Shown: in pieces, positions 49,201 to 54,757 of the stretch
How positions within the stretch are numbered: the first letter of the stretch is position 1
Layout of the letters: each line of letters starts with the position of its first letter
DNA from: Chthoniobacteraceae bacterium
GTDB taxonomy: Bacteria; Verrucomicrobiota; Verrucomicrobiia; Chthoniobacterales; Chthoniobacteraceae
DNA: 54,757 bases
Assembly: GCA_031409335.1 (NCBI GenBank)
Contig: JANNWY010000059.1
Location: forward strand, 1-54,757
Direction: 5' to 3'
Notes under the pieces: generated by a model
Told to the model about the DNA's origin: nothing
The model's input: only the letters and a program-made list of their open reading frames with translations
Databases searched by the model: none
Made by a program: the position numbers and the translations under genes

Positions 49201-50809
49201 CATCGAAATCCACCGTCGCCGCGATCCCGCCTGATGTGAAAAAGACCGACTGCGCGCTCGCCGCTGGCTGCGCGAGATCGAAGCCGAATCCGAAATCGCC
49301 CTGTGCGCGGAACGTCGCGTCGAGTTGGAAATTCTGATCGCGTCCGAACGAAATCCCCGCCTGTGCTGCCGCGGAACCGAGGCGGTCGAAGTCGAAAGTT
49401 TTCGTGAGATCGCCGGTATCGACCGTGAATTTCAACAGCATCGAACTCGTCGCCGGATCGAACTCCGTCGCGAGATCGAACGTCGAGAGCGTGATGCCCG
49501 CCGTCGCGAGTTGCGTGGTGAGGAAGGAGTTCAGTTGCGTCGCGAGCCCGTTCATCGTCGGCGTCGCCACGGTCGTCATGTAAGTGTTCGCCGTGTTCCG
49601 CAGCGCGAGCAGATCATTAAACGCGGGCAAGTCATCAAGCGCCTCGATCGCCGTGCCGATGCCCGGCAGTTTCAGATCGCGCAGCGGATTCGCATCGAGC
49701 AGCGCGCCGACATCCTGGATGCGCTGGAAAACGCCCGTCACATTTCCGCCCGCGACATAATCCACGAGCGCGACATCGTGATCCACAGTTGGCGCGGTCG
49801 CATCGAGCACCGCGTCGTCGTCGAGCAGCAATTGGACCGGCGTCCCGCCCGCGGTTGCCAAACGAATCTTCGCGTGCAGTCCGTTGTCCGTCGTCGCGCC
49901 GACATTGAAATCCGTCGCGGCAAAAGCGCCCGCGAGCGTCGAGAGTTCCGGGCGCGTCCACTTGCCATCCGCTGACCCCGCGCCGGTGATCGCGACATTT
50001 CCAAACGTCGCGCCGAGCGCCACCGTGCTCCCCGCCGCGAGCGTGAATGGATACGCCGACGCGCCGACCGTGTATTCGGCGGCTCCGGTCATCCCCAAGA
50101 GCGGCTGCGCGCCCGCGACATTGAAAGTGAGCGCGCCAAGCGTGGCGAAGAAATCATCCGTGTCCGTGAGCCCGAAGGAGAACGTGAACGACGCGCTCGC
50201 ATCGGTCGCGATCTTCGGCGCGGTGGTGAACGCGATGCCCGCCGCGGTTGCATCCGCGCCCGGCAGGAGATCGTTGTCCGTCGCGTGTTTGCCGGTGATC
50301 GTCACTTCCCATTCCAGCGGATGTGCGCCGACATACTCGCCGCCCTGCACGAGCGACCACGTCACATTTTCATAAGCGCCGGTCGTTCCCGCGAGCGGAC
50401 TCGTGCCGAGCAAAGCATTGACCTGCGCCACCGTCGTCCCCGCCAACAACGCCGCGATCTGATCGCGGAAGGCGTCGCCGAGAAATCCACCGTTGCCGTT
50501 GTTCGTGCCGAAATTGAACAGCTCGCCAAACGAAAGCCCGAGACCCTCGATGTCCTGCGCGAGCACGCCCGACGCTTCGAGCTCATCGCCGAGCGAGCCG
50601 ATGTCCTCGAGGCCGTTGACGATTTCATTCAACTGCGAATTGCTCAACGCCGTCGCCGAGAGCAGGCCGGCCCCGATATTCACCGCGCAGACGACGCGCG
50701 GTTCGAGCGCCTCGATCATCGAAGTCGGCTTTGGTCGGATGCGGGTGCTGAGGATGTTTTCCGGTGCGGGTGTGGTGTCGTTTTTTTCGGAAGAGTGAGA
50801 GCGGGCCAT
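34268..50809 (-). CDS. Giant LEPR-XLL exoprotein/adhesin with RTX Ca-binding repeats (about 5,513 aa)
   Basis: IEALEPRVVCA leader, uninterrupted 16.5-kb frame, GGxGDD nonapeptides near 42930-43200, and an Ala/Gly/Thr-rich hemagglutinin-like C-terminal half. Confidence 0.92.
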   Translation of the reverse strand: MARSHSSEKNDTTPAPENILSTRIRPKPTSMIEALEPRVVCAVNIGAGLLSATALSNSQLNEIVNGLEDIGSLGDELEASGVLAQDIEGLGLSFGELFNFGTNNGNGGFLGDAFRDQIAALLAGTTVAQVNALLGTSPLAGTTGAYENVTWSLVQGGEYVGAHPLEWEVTITGKHATDNDLLPGADATAAGIAFTTAPKIATDASASFTFSFGLTDTDDFFATLGALTFNVAGAQPLLGMTGAAEYTVGASAYPFTLAAGSTVALGATFGNVAITGAGSADGKWTRPELSTLAGAFAATDFNVGATTDNGLHAKIRLATAGGTPVQLLLDDDAVLDATAPTVDHDVALVDYVAGGNVTGVFQRIQDVGALLDANPLRDLKLPGIGTAIEALDDLPAFNDLLALRNTANTYMTTVATPTMNGLATQLNSFLTTQLATAGITLSTFDLATEFDPATSSMLLKFTVDTGDLTKTFDFDRLGSAAAQAGISFGRDQNFQLDATFRAQGDFGFGFDLAQPAASAQSVFFTSGGIAATVDFDVADFDLAATLGPVTADIENGEIHASATLALAITDAMGDGRYTLEELNTAGEVTFGLTPTGTFAAELPLDIQLAGATFVNPKLRVTSANIFTTLPTVDTTTANFDKLFNLGKVGPEAILDLIIAAGDWASNFRNAPVFDVNIPFLDADLGNAFDFGLLFTKNLRDNLQDDLSYVALRGDFASFTLAANAPLVLGDGDSAEPIVLPAATYATKAALVTALNTALGATSKFIAENHGDNGVRIAAKNANDTPDFSLLGATYLLKTIGFVPSSTAVTSEVTLPLDVPTNGKISADAQFQLSIDGAAPVTITLAKTSTDTNTDATALAADLDAALTAHGIDAVAVGGKVKLVRADGKSFMVAGVPGTSFQQIGLESASAAGLTDAGSTLQTGLTYSTLTDMVPLLLTALGIDDGDADPTNDPIRARYDIATETIILHFQHSFLAPSITLPVGFEFDLSGWANLRTVGANPTLTLMPTLGGSFDLGIGLGNVNDFEELAITAPVGFAPNGYGTKADGSPDSNNANVWDGKLAADAVFKISFDDGVERTLTIAAADTTTNTTAANLLTDVKAAIALVPGLAGKLDARLIAKSGGTSDRIEFFTLEQTGSFQLRDLHVVRTSTTETMGFEADQLAINTAPSVAAVGQSQATLDVSPATDVTFTIALDGGAPVTITATTASMAGNTTMADLLADLNAAIAGTSLAGHVKATRYGAGTQMQFLAEDGARQMSVTAVSTAAQTTLNFGADPIVTRSRGGEFFIDNASLDASATLALSDFDLAAQIGFIGITTTGLAGSVTIDVGVELIDGTRTQFELTEIIDRISDGTIGEIVDATFTGSATATMSGLHIDAGLLSVGASADVVLTGTDIFNAGGPTFAVSFNGFDPTKLLNFSNASWQEIYEGVKLGVEFLTKTEQFSFLGNTKIPLINLSVSEIFTYTDQLVAAINELENNPAGALDAVEARIEELLGIPDENFDLTLEDGSIVKIHLGISTSFSASYGLDFDLATLASYTNGVIPADLLSLGGFLDASAEGSLIFGAYAGLSLDIGLDFSAGATPSLVLYDTSGVDLGLRVTGQNLNITASFGPAGFQIVDGSVNFDKDGLFDDDNGNGIEDNLENDGEPLVPRPLDTWTDDDLQDNDFATVHFGPVNTITDLPAAISAIAGGTPLSTYFGPTFSGKIIATLPGAITSDIGSIDLPGPIVITVPDVTKLFSSNPLVRKDSVQLTLPSFDGLLPEIPGLIQLLRDPAILLDGVDSGLGLISRLLSGKTATKLPLIGDQLRAGSGFIEEFRSGFIADLTAKLRGAGDTMLATLQQGMFDLFAKDTEGAVGLALGILKDYNGVGGVTVDDIVLTFRKLDGTIWVEGTDAPQLQDAVQFNLHLGQGITFGTNLDIDWGLPGLDLDITGSPSITAGWELFLGFGVSVTDFFYLDGAPPANFTGAGATLAAGTSVAHELRLGFDAVLTSDPNTPFVATGRLFFLQLDAADKLVDPDGAGPLPEKYSSVGGAFYVDLTDPGAGTVGRVTVKELFSRGTVKPITAGVEAIADVNLELTASVGGNTAIPRLLADFSLDWTFQLGQPVTAPTAAFTNVNLDLGSFVSDFLKPIVKQVNDVIKPFDPVLDALQTRIPVLSDIMGRNYTVLDLAVQFGNVDRRFIDAALQIRSLVADIAAVPDGESILIPLGDLAGLGSALMTKDGAKNVNTSSAGTTAVSFPAGASASKNAFMKSTSVSGGGFGFPILKPAEAFKLLLGQDATLITYDIPRLTVGMSMSQKFRIWGPLVGKFSGNISAYADFAVGFDTKGFNTYRTSGDVVDILDGFFVSDRANADGTGADVYEAGFFGRIGIAGAIDAAIIEAGIEGFFELRADLDLKDPNNDGKVRGSEMIALLTHPNGYGPLNLGSIRLRGDVGARAYVDFWAPFGWHNAWEWEFARVTLFDKTFSAPDVTPDLGTKAGSTLTLNAGPSANQRDFISTSDVGEEFRVTGTGNNITVTFTNTGTSQSFSGVDRIVLNGGKGDDRLIVGAGVTTAITFNGGEGDDYFEGGAGDDIIIGGTGNDTLIGNGGANTLDGGDGADTITGGAGADIIIGGLGDDTLNGGGGADTYKFANDWGNDFFDGTQTGSGAFDFSAVTKDLTLNISATGAQGSSGNNAISFDSTAPYITSVKGGSGNDVATIAATGASVVSVDGNGGNDQYIVSFGRLVTPISIADTGTGLNDSDTVTVRPLSRDYTIDVGDLYVSGVKGVAPAQRANFTGGIENLTVDAKANGGSIVQIAEAISLPGEVRLLARQAVIGNTIDAGEVRVESTQAVNIAANVNAHANGNVTVLVNSGNIVITEDVMSSSGPGFTGDGTGLVHLFTSGGAILTGGTALDPGKVLASEGSLLLRGTNGSIGTLATPIYSTVSILAANTTGTGFVNVRESDGVTIGTIASIEGVKTTGGTFNVFNDAGELRVASPIALGGGDGTLTSDSIEIDADISSPGGAIFLRPEGDLTVMSVGNNVSGTFSLDQSEINHLVNGLASIRIGQPTGRNLINVGDANFTDPVLLQNPVLGGHVNQTGVVTITDGGSFTILGSGHTTELDNQNVAGNIDIIDSAVVRQGESVTLTSSGGAININFDLDGTAGGADETLILNALNDVTIKGAIGSVAQLSTLQITGAANIRFEGSVNVKHLILAAGATFTVDGTLTAEDIQMTGVSAATFHSGVSLSANFTASGSTLTSAVFEGQLSAPAVTIVAKQLVDFYQQVDVTAGLSVQTTNASGDIVFRQQVNSHTSDITVRSLDDITFIGPVAGDDLTVTSADAFAMQASTTLTGALTQIAGTGTSTFTQLTAASLNVTSAGVLLGGITTLNGAAGLVVNVGSGAFSAANAVSAPLGPVNVTARTITFQGTVAADASTLAATESITVANSSSFTLTNALSAATTSATLGEIKFTGPVDVGTTATFNTPRGLTFQNSLEVDGGLTVQAASSAQYQGAVTVGGVFTQQAGVTGAASFSSSVQAGSLALQAASLAFTGDVVSLGAANLAANTGGLTASGNVTVAGLLTANAATSLALNGATTAHAMSLTAANSVTTAAGGLSTAASPTSGDIQITTTATGNSVTLNGPVNAKGALAITSRSIGFQSTVTANAAALNATESITASNASSFTIATALNAATTSSSIGEIKFTGPVDVGTTATFNTPRGLTFQNSLEVDGALTVQAASSAQYQGTVAVGGVFTQQVGVLGATTFSASLQAGSLALQSGAFTFNGEVTSSGAAGLTANTGAITAAGNVSAAGALTATAATTLALNGATAAHAMALAATNTVTVGAGGLTTLASPTTGHITITTTGAVAGNSVTLNGPVDAKGTFAINAARGVLGSANINASALNVVSARSVSLNLVDAGSINLDAQSINLPAAVAATGAITLRAEAAGNIVVGSTLSAGSALQITRGKAITTSGLVTADSVAIGQGADSIETVSIGVGGMTATNDLRIRTTVAGTGNGITTLGPLVAGNAATLALDSARSVDVSGSIGTGDLTVASTSITLRSAVNAAHDATLTSAGNVAVNADLVAGATVAVTQASALSFGAKLTAQNLAVSNTGNATFTGQVALSGTANLTLTGDLSTNASFTAATSIAVNSVRDVSFGGLVSSATISLGSTNARTITVNAAGVSATGALTLRSTDAAGALNLNGPLTATNGAVTLSALGAVTATAAINGDSIGIASSAISLSGPLNADAGDIALNSTTAGVGNILASGVITSSGSLNIGATNAPLSTTLNSALNIGQDLIVRSAGTISTGAQVTVARDAFLQTTSAVTGEVRVNGALTTGRDLTLNTPRNATFLAPVTVGGGATIVNAAALQFAAALNVTDALTQLAGTTSARFASISAAAISVTSPTIVVTNGVVATTGAVLFSADSAGAVNVGGTTTAAGTLSIPSGSVITLTGSVSALSGAIAGGTFVAGGDVTATTGGLAFTTSGDISIAGKTTVAQTLSLLGSDDVTLTGAVSARDFALSAASFLAGGAFTTNVGDADFATTGNIRIVGLASVAQNLTVANALNTTFQGQVAVVGALTQTNGGGATRFEGATTAASMNVRSAQNIFAGSTFRATAGDIRLEADEIDFVGGTNAVQGAGDLTLRPYLAGTSIDIGSPTPTGVLDLSDTDINALQDRFTQITIGRAEDGTGAMLIGSSTFKDNVAFHAGSITIESNPLVGQVVTTLESLAFTARTGSIVANDDVFGTDATLTARDHITINNKVEVADFIVLTAGTGGTGSIILNGALATSAAGGTFDATAGVNGGNITITGTISTFDAEFTAESGAISQTAGNTRASELQALAESGITLLTTADHISARVSAAGDLSLRDTNPNAAHFLNLGSQSDVNDGLFTADGDITLIADQNVNAYRVQANGAVTIESGGEVYVDNVIGAPVSVTGTILIDEDRTTNGEQIRFDGNLRLLRDITLTSNGGDIIITGRVNGTAGQHYGLTFNAGGGNVTVGGAIGGTTPLEFLQVNEAGGFSLGGGVRVEDGIEIHADSVSLSAPKGSIVTTAGGEIRLLPNDGAAAIDIGGPAGGTAEFSLSDVEIAALGDGFSGIHIGQQGGAHEVRIESVRFLDDLTINGDAITLLTSSVTQGVNGISLVNGADDNDLTINAQTAFTQGKRAALTAGRNGNIAITADTIALDANSRGLVRGFGELLLQPFTPTQSITLGGTGAGFDLTATEFGALGDTFSRVTIGRADGEHAISVTGNLSLRDSTVIRTPLPGGSVTIGSGAASIGLGTVGRATDLRIEAGGNIIIDGNVQTRGGGALELLADIDRDGEGDLLVGQNLAKTNRSVTIGSEFGAIRMQGENIALGAILPRANTGIAKIVSRTGDITMSTNLDGDADGGITFPHRGNVVNTLGSVKLEGANHGGLAEFGAGIIRGTRGVEMSGFEAITTNATKIVSSGNVLIEALRETLKTNSVIRSLAEIRIFGDAATGVLAIEPRALISAKTSILLDAADVRVDPTARVLARTVTTNEL
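39215..40620 (-). repeat. Internal tandem duplication (~699-bp / 233-aa unit) in the giant gene
   Basis: atcgacttcgagggagttttggaaggtgagtccgcg occurs at 39671 and 40370; GEIKFTGPVDVGTTATFNTPRGLTFQNSLEVDG occurs twice. Confidence 0.9.
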
Positions 50810-50986
50810 GAGCGAAGTGGGTAGTGTTGCGAGCGGAAGCAGGGCTCCCCCAAAGCAGCCATCCTGCCAACGGCCTGAAATGTTTACGCACTCTGGCGCT
50901 CGCCTTGCTTTCTCAACACGGGCGGTTCGCGCACGCGGCAAAAAATGCTCCCGCGCGAGACGCATCAACCTTCAATCCAAAGACCC

Positions 50987-51739
50987 ATGAACCACCAAAC
51001 CAACCAACCCAGCGTGACCGAACAATCCCCGAAAACCATCGTCATCAGCCTGAAAGAAATGGGCGAGCGCTACCTCGGCGCGATGCAGCGCACCTACGAC
51101 ACCGCCGCGATGCTGGTGCAGGGCGCGCGCGAAGTGAACGAACGCGGCTACGACGAACTGACCGCTGCCACGCGCTTCCTGCCCTCGCAAAGTTTGCGAC
51201 TGCCTTTCATCGCTGCGAAACCCGTCGCTGAACGCTGGCTGCTGCGCAATTTGCTCGCCGATGCCTTCGGCGCACTCGTCCCTTTCATCGAGGACGCACG
51301 CACGGTTTGCGCGCTCCACGATTGGAAAAAAGCCGGGAGCGACGCCGCCACGCTGCCCGCGATCTTTCGCGAACAACGCCAGGATTTTCTCCGCAAAGAT
51401 CTCGTCGCGAAACTCGCATACCTGAAAGAATCGCACGCGCTCGAACCGCACCTCGGCGAACACATCACCGGCCTCGAAGCACTCGCCGCGTGTCTCATCC
51501 GGCACGATGGCGTGGTGCAAAAAGATGCGCCGCTCGCCTTCACGCTCGTCTCGCTGGATCTCGTGGGTGGTGAGAAAAAAGTGCAGCCGCGCCTCGGCGA
51601 AACGCGCCGCGAATTCGCGCCCGGCACGGAAGTCGCGCTCGAAAAAGTGGAAACGCTCAACGCACTCGCGACCATCGCGCTCTTTATGAATGCGACGCTG
51701 CGGTGCCTGCAGGAAAAACTCGCCGTCACCACCGAGTAG
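50987..51739 (+). CDS. Hypothetical protein
   Basis: 250-aa ORF with host-like codon usage, divergent from the giant gene; no recognised motif. Confidence 0.75.
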   Translation: MNHQTNQPSVTEQSPKTIVISLKEMGERYLGAMQRTYDTAAMLVQGAREVNERGYDELTAATRFLPSQSLRLPFIAAKPVAERWLLRNLLADAFGALVPFIEDARTVCALHDWKKAGSDAATLPAIFREQRQDFLRKDLVAKLAYLKESHALEPHLGEHITGLEALAACLIRHDGVVQKDAPLAFTLVSLDLVGGEKKVQPRLGETRREFAPGTEVALEKVETLNALATIALFMNATLRCLQEKLAVTTE

Positions 51740-51984
51740 CAGACGCCCAACCACGAAGTGCGTACCGCGGAGGAGACCGTGTCCACCTGCGGCAAGCCAT
51801 ACTAAGCGCGCCACAGTCGCGCAAGGCAGGCGGTTTCGGACAAAGTGCTCAAGCTACTCAAGGGCAAAAAAGTCCGCTGCGCTGCTGAAGCGCGCCGCTT
51901 AGCGAATCGTCGCGGCTAACACACCAACGAACCCACGCAAACATCTGGGATACGCAAGACAACAGCGGCGCGGGCGAGGGGAGT

Positions 51985-52202
51985 GAGAATGCGACCTCCC
52001 CGATCCGTGAATGCGGCATCGCCAGCACGCGCCCGCGGAGTTGCAATCGGTCGAGGATCGGCCAGCACGCAGGATTCACGCAATCGCCACGGACCTTCTC
52101 GCCCAGGAAAATGGCGCGCGCGATGACTAGCGCCGAAAGCCCCGCCGCCGCGCAAGTCGATCCTGCCGGGCCTGCACCGACGATAGCAACATCGTAGGTC
52201 AT
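51985..52202 (-). pseudogene. 5' fragment of an FAD-dependent oxidoreductase (geranylgeranyl reductase-like)
   Basis: MTYDVAIVGAGPAGST...ARAIFLGEKVRGDCVNP, a degenerate ER..FPREKVCGDC motif; truncated after ~72 aa. Confidence 0.8.
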
Positions 52203-52257
52203 GGGTGAAAGCGCGGACACTGCCGTGCAGGTGGGGAAAAGGTAAAGCCGAAGGCTC

Positions 52258-52355
52258 TGGACTGCGGTGATTCCTTCACCGCTCTCCCGCAGGTCGCTCC
52301 CTGGGTTGCCAGGCTGCGCGTTTTCCCAGAGGGGTGAAGGAATCACCGCAGTCCA
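52258..52355. repeat. REP-like doublet, family C
   Basis: Perfect 23-bp IR tggactgcggtgattccttcacc / ggtgaaggaatcaccgcagtcca; each arm is itself a hairpin. Confidence 0.85.
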
Positions 52356-52565
52356 CGGTGCTCCGCGCTCCGCCTTCGCGCAACTCGACCGTGTAAGTCG
52401 CATGATTTTGAGCCACCTCGGGAGGCAAACATCGCGGAGGCAAGTGGTCACCCATAAGCGCGCTTCCTCGTGGAACGTATAGCGATTGCAATCGAGGATG
52501 GCCTCGAAAATTCCCACTTTGATGGGTGTCGGTTAAAGACGCAAAATTCCGTGCGACCTCCTCCC

Positions 52566-52697
52566 AAAACCACCCGCCGCCGCATCCCCGCCGCTCGCGC
52601 TGCGCTCCTAGCACTTCCCTTTTACCACTGCCCTGGATGCGCCCAAGGGCAAGTCACACAGCGATGGGTAACCCAGTGGGGGACTTCGGAGACTGAT
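52566..52697 (+). pseudogene. 5' fragment of a secreted SBBP-type protein
   Basis: KTTRRRIPAARAALLAL...AQGQVTQRWVTQWGTSETD, then an abrupt switch to IS-end-like motifs. Confidence 0.5.
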
Positions 52698-52699
52698 CA

Positions 52700-52775
52700 C
52701 TTTACTTTTGGTGCAACGACCCGTTCACACGAACGTTTCCTCCCGCCTCGGGTAACAATACTTTTGGCGCAATGT
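52700..52775 (+). mobile_element. Orphan IS-end motifs related to 31817-31845
   Basis: tacttttggtgcaacg and gggtaacaatacttttggcgcaatg vs gggtaacactcacttttggctca. Confidence 0.55.
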
Positions 52776-52839
52776 GCCTTTTCAGCCGTAGCCACCGGGC
52801 GCTTGTCACGGCTGCTTTCGAGGTATTATCTTTCGCGAC

Positions 52840-53094
52840 GTGAACACTGACGTGCTCCGCGAGCTTCACGAAGCCAGCCCCTTCGTCCCCTTCACGATGA
52901 CTCTTGCCGATGGACGCAAGCTGCCAGTCATTCACAACGAGTTCCTCTACTTTTTCCCGAGCTGGCGCGCAGCGATGCTCACGCACCCGGATGACCGTTT
53001 TACTTTGATCGACCTGCTTTTGGTAACGTTGGCAGACGTGGATCCGAAGTTCCGCGCCCGACGGACGAAGGCCGGGAAGAAACAGAGCGCGTAG
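52840..53094 (+). CDS. Small hypothetical protein (PF.PF....DGR type)
   Basis: ASPFVPFTMTLADGRKLPVIHNEF, a small-protein pattern typical of PVC genomes. Confidence 0.75.
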   Translation: MNTDVLRELHEASPFVPFTMTLADGRKLPVIHNEFLYFFPSWRAAMLTHPDDRFTLIDLLLVTLADVDPKFRARRTKAGKKQSA

Positions 53095-53111
53095 ATTCCC
53101 AACCTTCCGTC

Positions 53112-53692
53112 GTGAATAGCGCGCTGAATCAGCCGCTCTCGACCGCCATGTGGCCGTGGCAGCCGAATCAGACCTGCTACGTGCGCTTCGTGAATACCGC
53201 CGCCACGGCGCAATCCATCACCTTCACCCTGAACGGCAAAAACGCGCTGACGGTGGACGAGGACAACGACGGCCTGCCCGATCAATGGGAACTGCAACAC
53301 TTCGGCACGACATTTTGCGGGCCGACTCAGGACAACGACCAGGACGGCGCCAACAATCTGGCGGAATGGGCGTTCAACCTCTGAATCCCACGCGGCCCGA
53401 CATCGCGGTGCTGAGGCCGGGCACCGGCACCGCGGGCCTGCCGGTGGCACGGCTGACTGGGAGCGCGGGGAATCAACGCCTGACGATCGAGTTCGTACGC
53501 CGCAAGAACGCGGGCCTGACCTACACCGTGCAATTCGCAAACTCGCCCGCCGGGGCCAGCTTCCAGCCAGCGGTGAACACACCGACCGTCACACCCATCG
53601 ACGCGAATTGGGAGCGCGTGATCGTGGAGGACAACGTGACCACCGGCGATCAAGCGCTCCGCTTCGGGCGGGTGCGGGTGACTTCCCCGTAG
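53112..53692 (+). pseudogene. Frameshifted C-terminal fragment of a large surface protein
   Basis: DEDNDGLPDQWE, DNDQDGANNLAEWAFNL/NP with a 2-bp CT duplication near 53380; ends LTIEFVRRK...RFGRVRVTSP. Confidence 0.8.
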
Positions 53693-53773
53693 GAAGAAAG
53701 TTGAGTGTTGAGGGAGGGAAGAACGTCCGCCGCCGAAGGCGCACTTGTCTTCCAATCCTGGCTGATCAACGGA

Positions 53774-54355
53774 TCAGCGCGGAGGGATAATGTCTGCGAC
53801 CGACACCGCCACATCGGCGAAGGCGAGCGGGCTGAGAGTTTGGCCGGCGGTGAAGGTGATCTCGACGTGATACTTCCCGTCTGCCGGCTGGCGGAACACT
53901 TCGACGACATCCTGCTGGAGATTGACTATCCAGTATTCGCGGACACCGGCCGTGGCGTAAGCCGCGAACTTACGCTCCCGGTCGTAGGCAAGGCTGGTGT
54001 CGGAGACTTCCACGAGCAGAAAGACATCCTCGGGACGCGGATGGCGCTCCAGCTTTCGCACCCGCGGGACGAGCATCATGTCGGGCTGCGGTTCGGAGTA
54101 TTCATGAAGCCAGACGGGATTGCCGGGCGAGACCATGTAGCGGCGGCGTGCCTGCTCGACGAGACACTCCAGTGTCCAATTGACTGCCTGAACGTGGCGG
54201 ATGCCGATGGGGGACATGACGATGATTTCTCCATTGAGCAGTTCGACACGATCTTCGCGTTGGAAGATGCCGACCTCCCAGAGTTTGTGGAATTCTTCGA
54301 CTGAGAACCGGTAGGGACACGGTTCGATCTGCTGCGAAGTGGCAACGCTGCTCAT
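53774..54355 (-). CDS. Uma2 family (DUF820) PD-(D/E)xK endonuclease
   Basis: RFSVEEFH, RVELLNGEI, SEPQPD, LLVEVSDTSLAYDRERK, AGVREYWIVNL. Confidence 0.93.
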   Translation of the reverse strand: MSSVATSQQIEPCPYRFSVEEFHKLWEVGIFQREDRVELLNGEIIVMSPIGIRHVQAVNWTLECLVEQARRRYMVSPGNPVWLHEYSEPQPDMMLVPRVRKLERHPRPEDVFLLVEVSDTSLAYDRERKFAAYATAGVREYWIVNLQQDVVEVFRQPADGKYHVEITFTAGQTLSPLAFADVAVSVADIIPPR

Positions 54356-54418
54356 GGCGGGATGCTGCCACGCTGCGGCTGGCTGGGCAAGAATGTTGTC
54401 GCGCGAAAAACACCCGCA

Positions 54419-54757
54419 ATGGTGACGACGAGCATCCCGGCCAGGTCCGTGGTGTATCCGATTCCCGTGCCGCCCGACGCGACGCGCTTCAAGGTTTCCT
54501 CGACCCACGCGAGCGGCGTGACCTTGCGCATGGAGCAGGGAACGCGGCCCGTCATCGCGGCACTGACGCCGGGCACCGGCACTGCGGGCCTGCCGGTGGC
54601 ACGGTTGACCGGGTGCGCGGGGAATCAACGCCTGACGATCGAGTTCGTCCGCCGCAAGAACGCGGGACTGAACTACACCGTGCAGTTCGCAAACTCGCCA
54701 GCGGGCGCCAGCTTTCTGTCCGCAGTGAACGCACCGACGGTCACACCCATCGACGCG
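54419..54757 (+). pseudogene. Second, internally deleted copy of the surface-protein C-terminus (runs off window)
   Basis: 54542-54757 aligns without gaps to 53390-53605 (about 22 mismatches in 216 bp, counted by hand). Confidence 0.75.

Noticed and set aside
53390..54757. Diversity-generating retroelement TR/VR pair
   Set aside because: Mismatches are not adenine-specific, many are synonymous third positions, and no reverse transcriptase is in the window.
1..54757. CRISPR array, tRNA or rRNA
   Set aside because: No regularly spaced direct repeats with unique spacers, no cas genes, and no cloverleaf or rRNA-like segment were recognised. A covariance search was not possible.

Overview
GC-rich bacterial chromosomal segment. 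PSCyt/DUF1501, LEPR-XLL exoproteins, PEP-CTERM and Uma2 suggest a PVC-superphylum host, most likely Verrucomicrobiota (inference). Left to right it holds: the 3' part of an RHS gene with a short Cys-rich tip and a coupled RraB-like partner; a decayed RAYT/Y1 transposase; an ABC pair; ppnP; a PSCyt-DUF1501-PHP operon; a Ski2-like helicase, a rhodanese (TrhO-like) and a GH32. An accessory hot spot at 16.9-20.1 kb contains a MITE-like palindrome, a relaxase-like remnant and an IS1-family element with three passenger genes. It ends at an AT-rich island carrying both a dif-like 28-mer and tandem DnaA-box-like 9-mers. Next come SWIM-SNF2, parA, GH10, DUF485-actP, a pilin-like gene, hemW with a duplicated 3' end, a broken PEP-CTERM gene and an rve-type IS. 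A ~5,500-aa LEPR-XLL/RTX exoprotein is followed by a 739-aa LEPR-XLL partner. The right end is a debris field of pseudogenes, IS-end motifs and duplicated surface-protein C-termini around a Uma2 gene. Eight intergenic spacers hold inverted-repeat elements of two kinds: REP-like doublets, and elements whose arms are 6-, 7- or 9-nt periodic repeats. No rRNA, tRNA or CRISPR array was seen. All calls come from motif recognition by eye; no searches were run.
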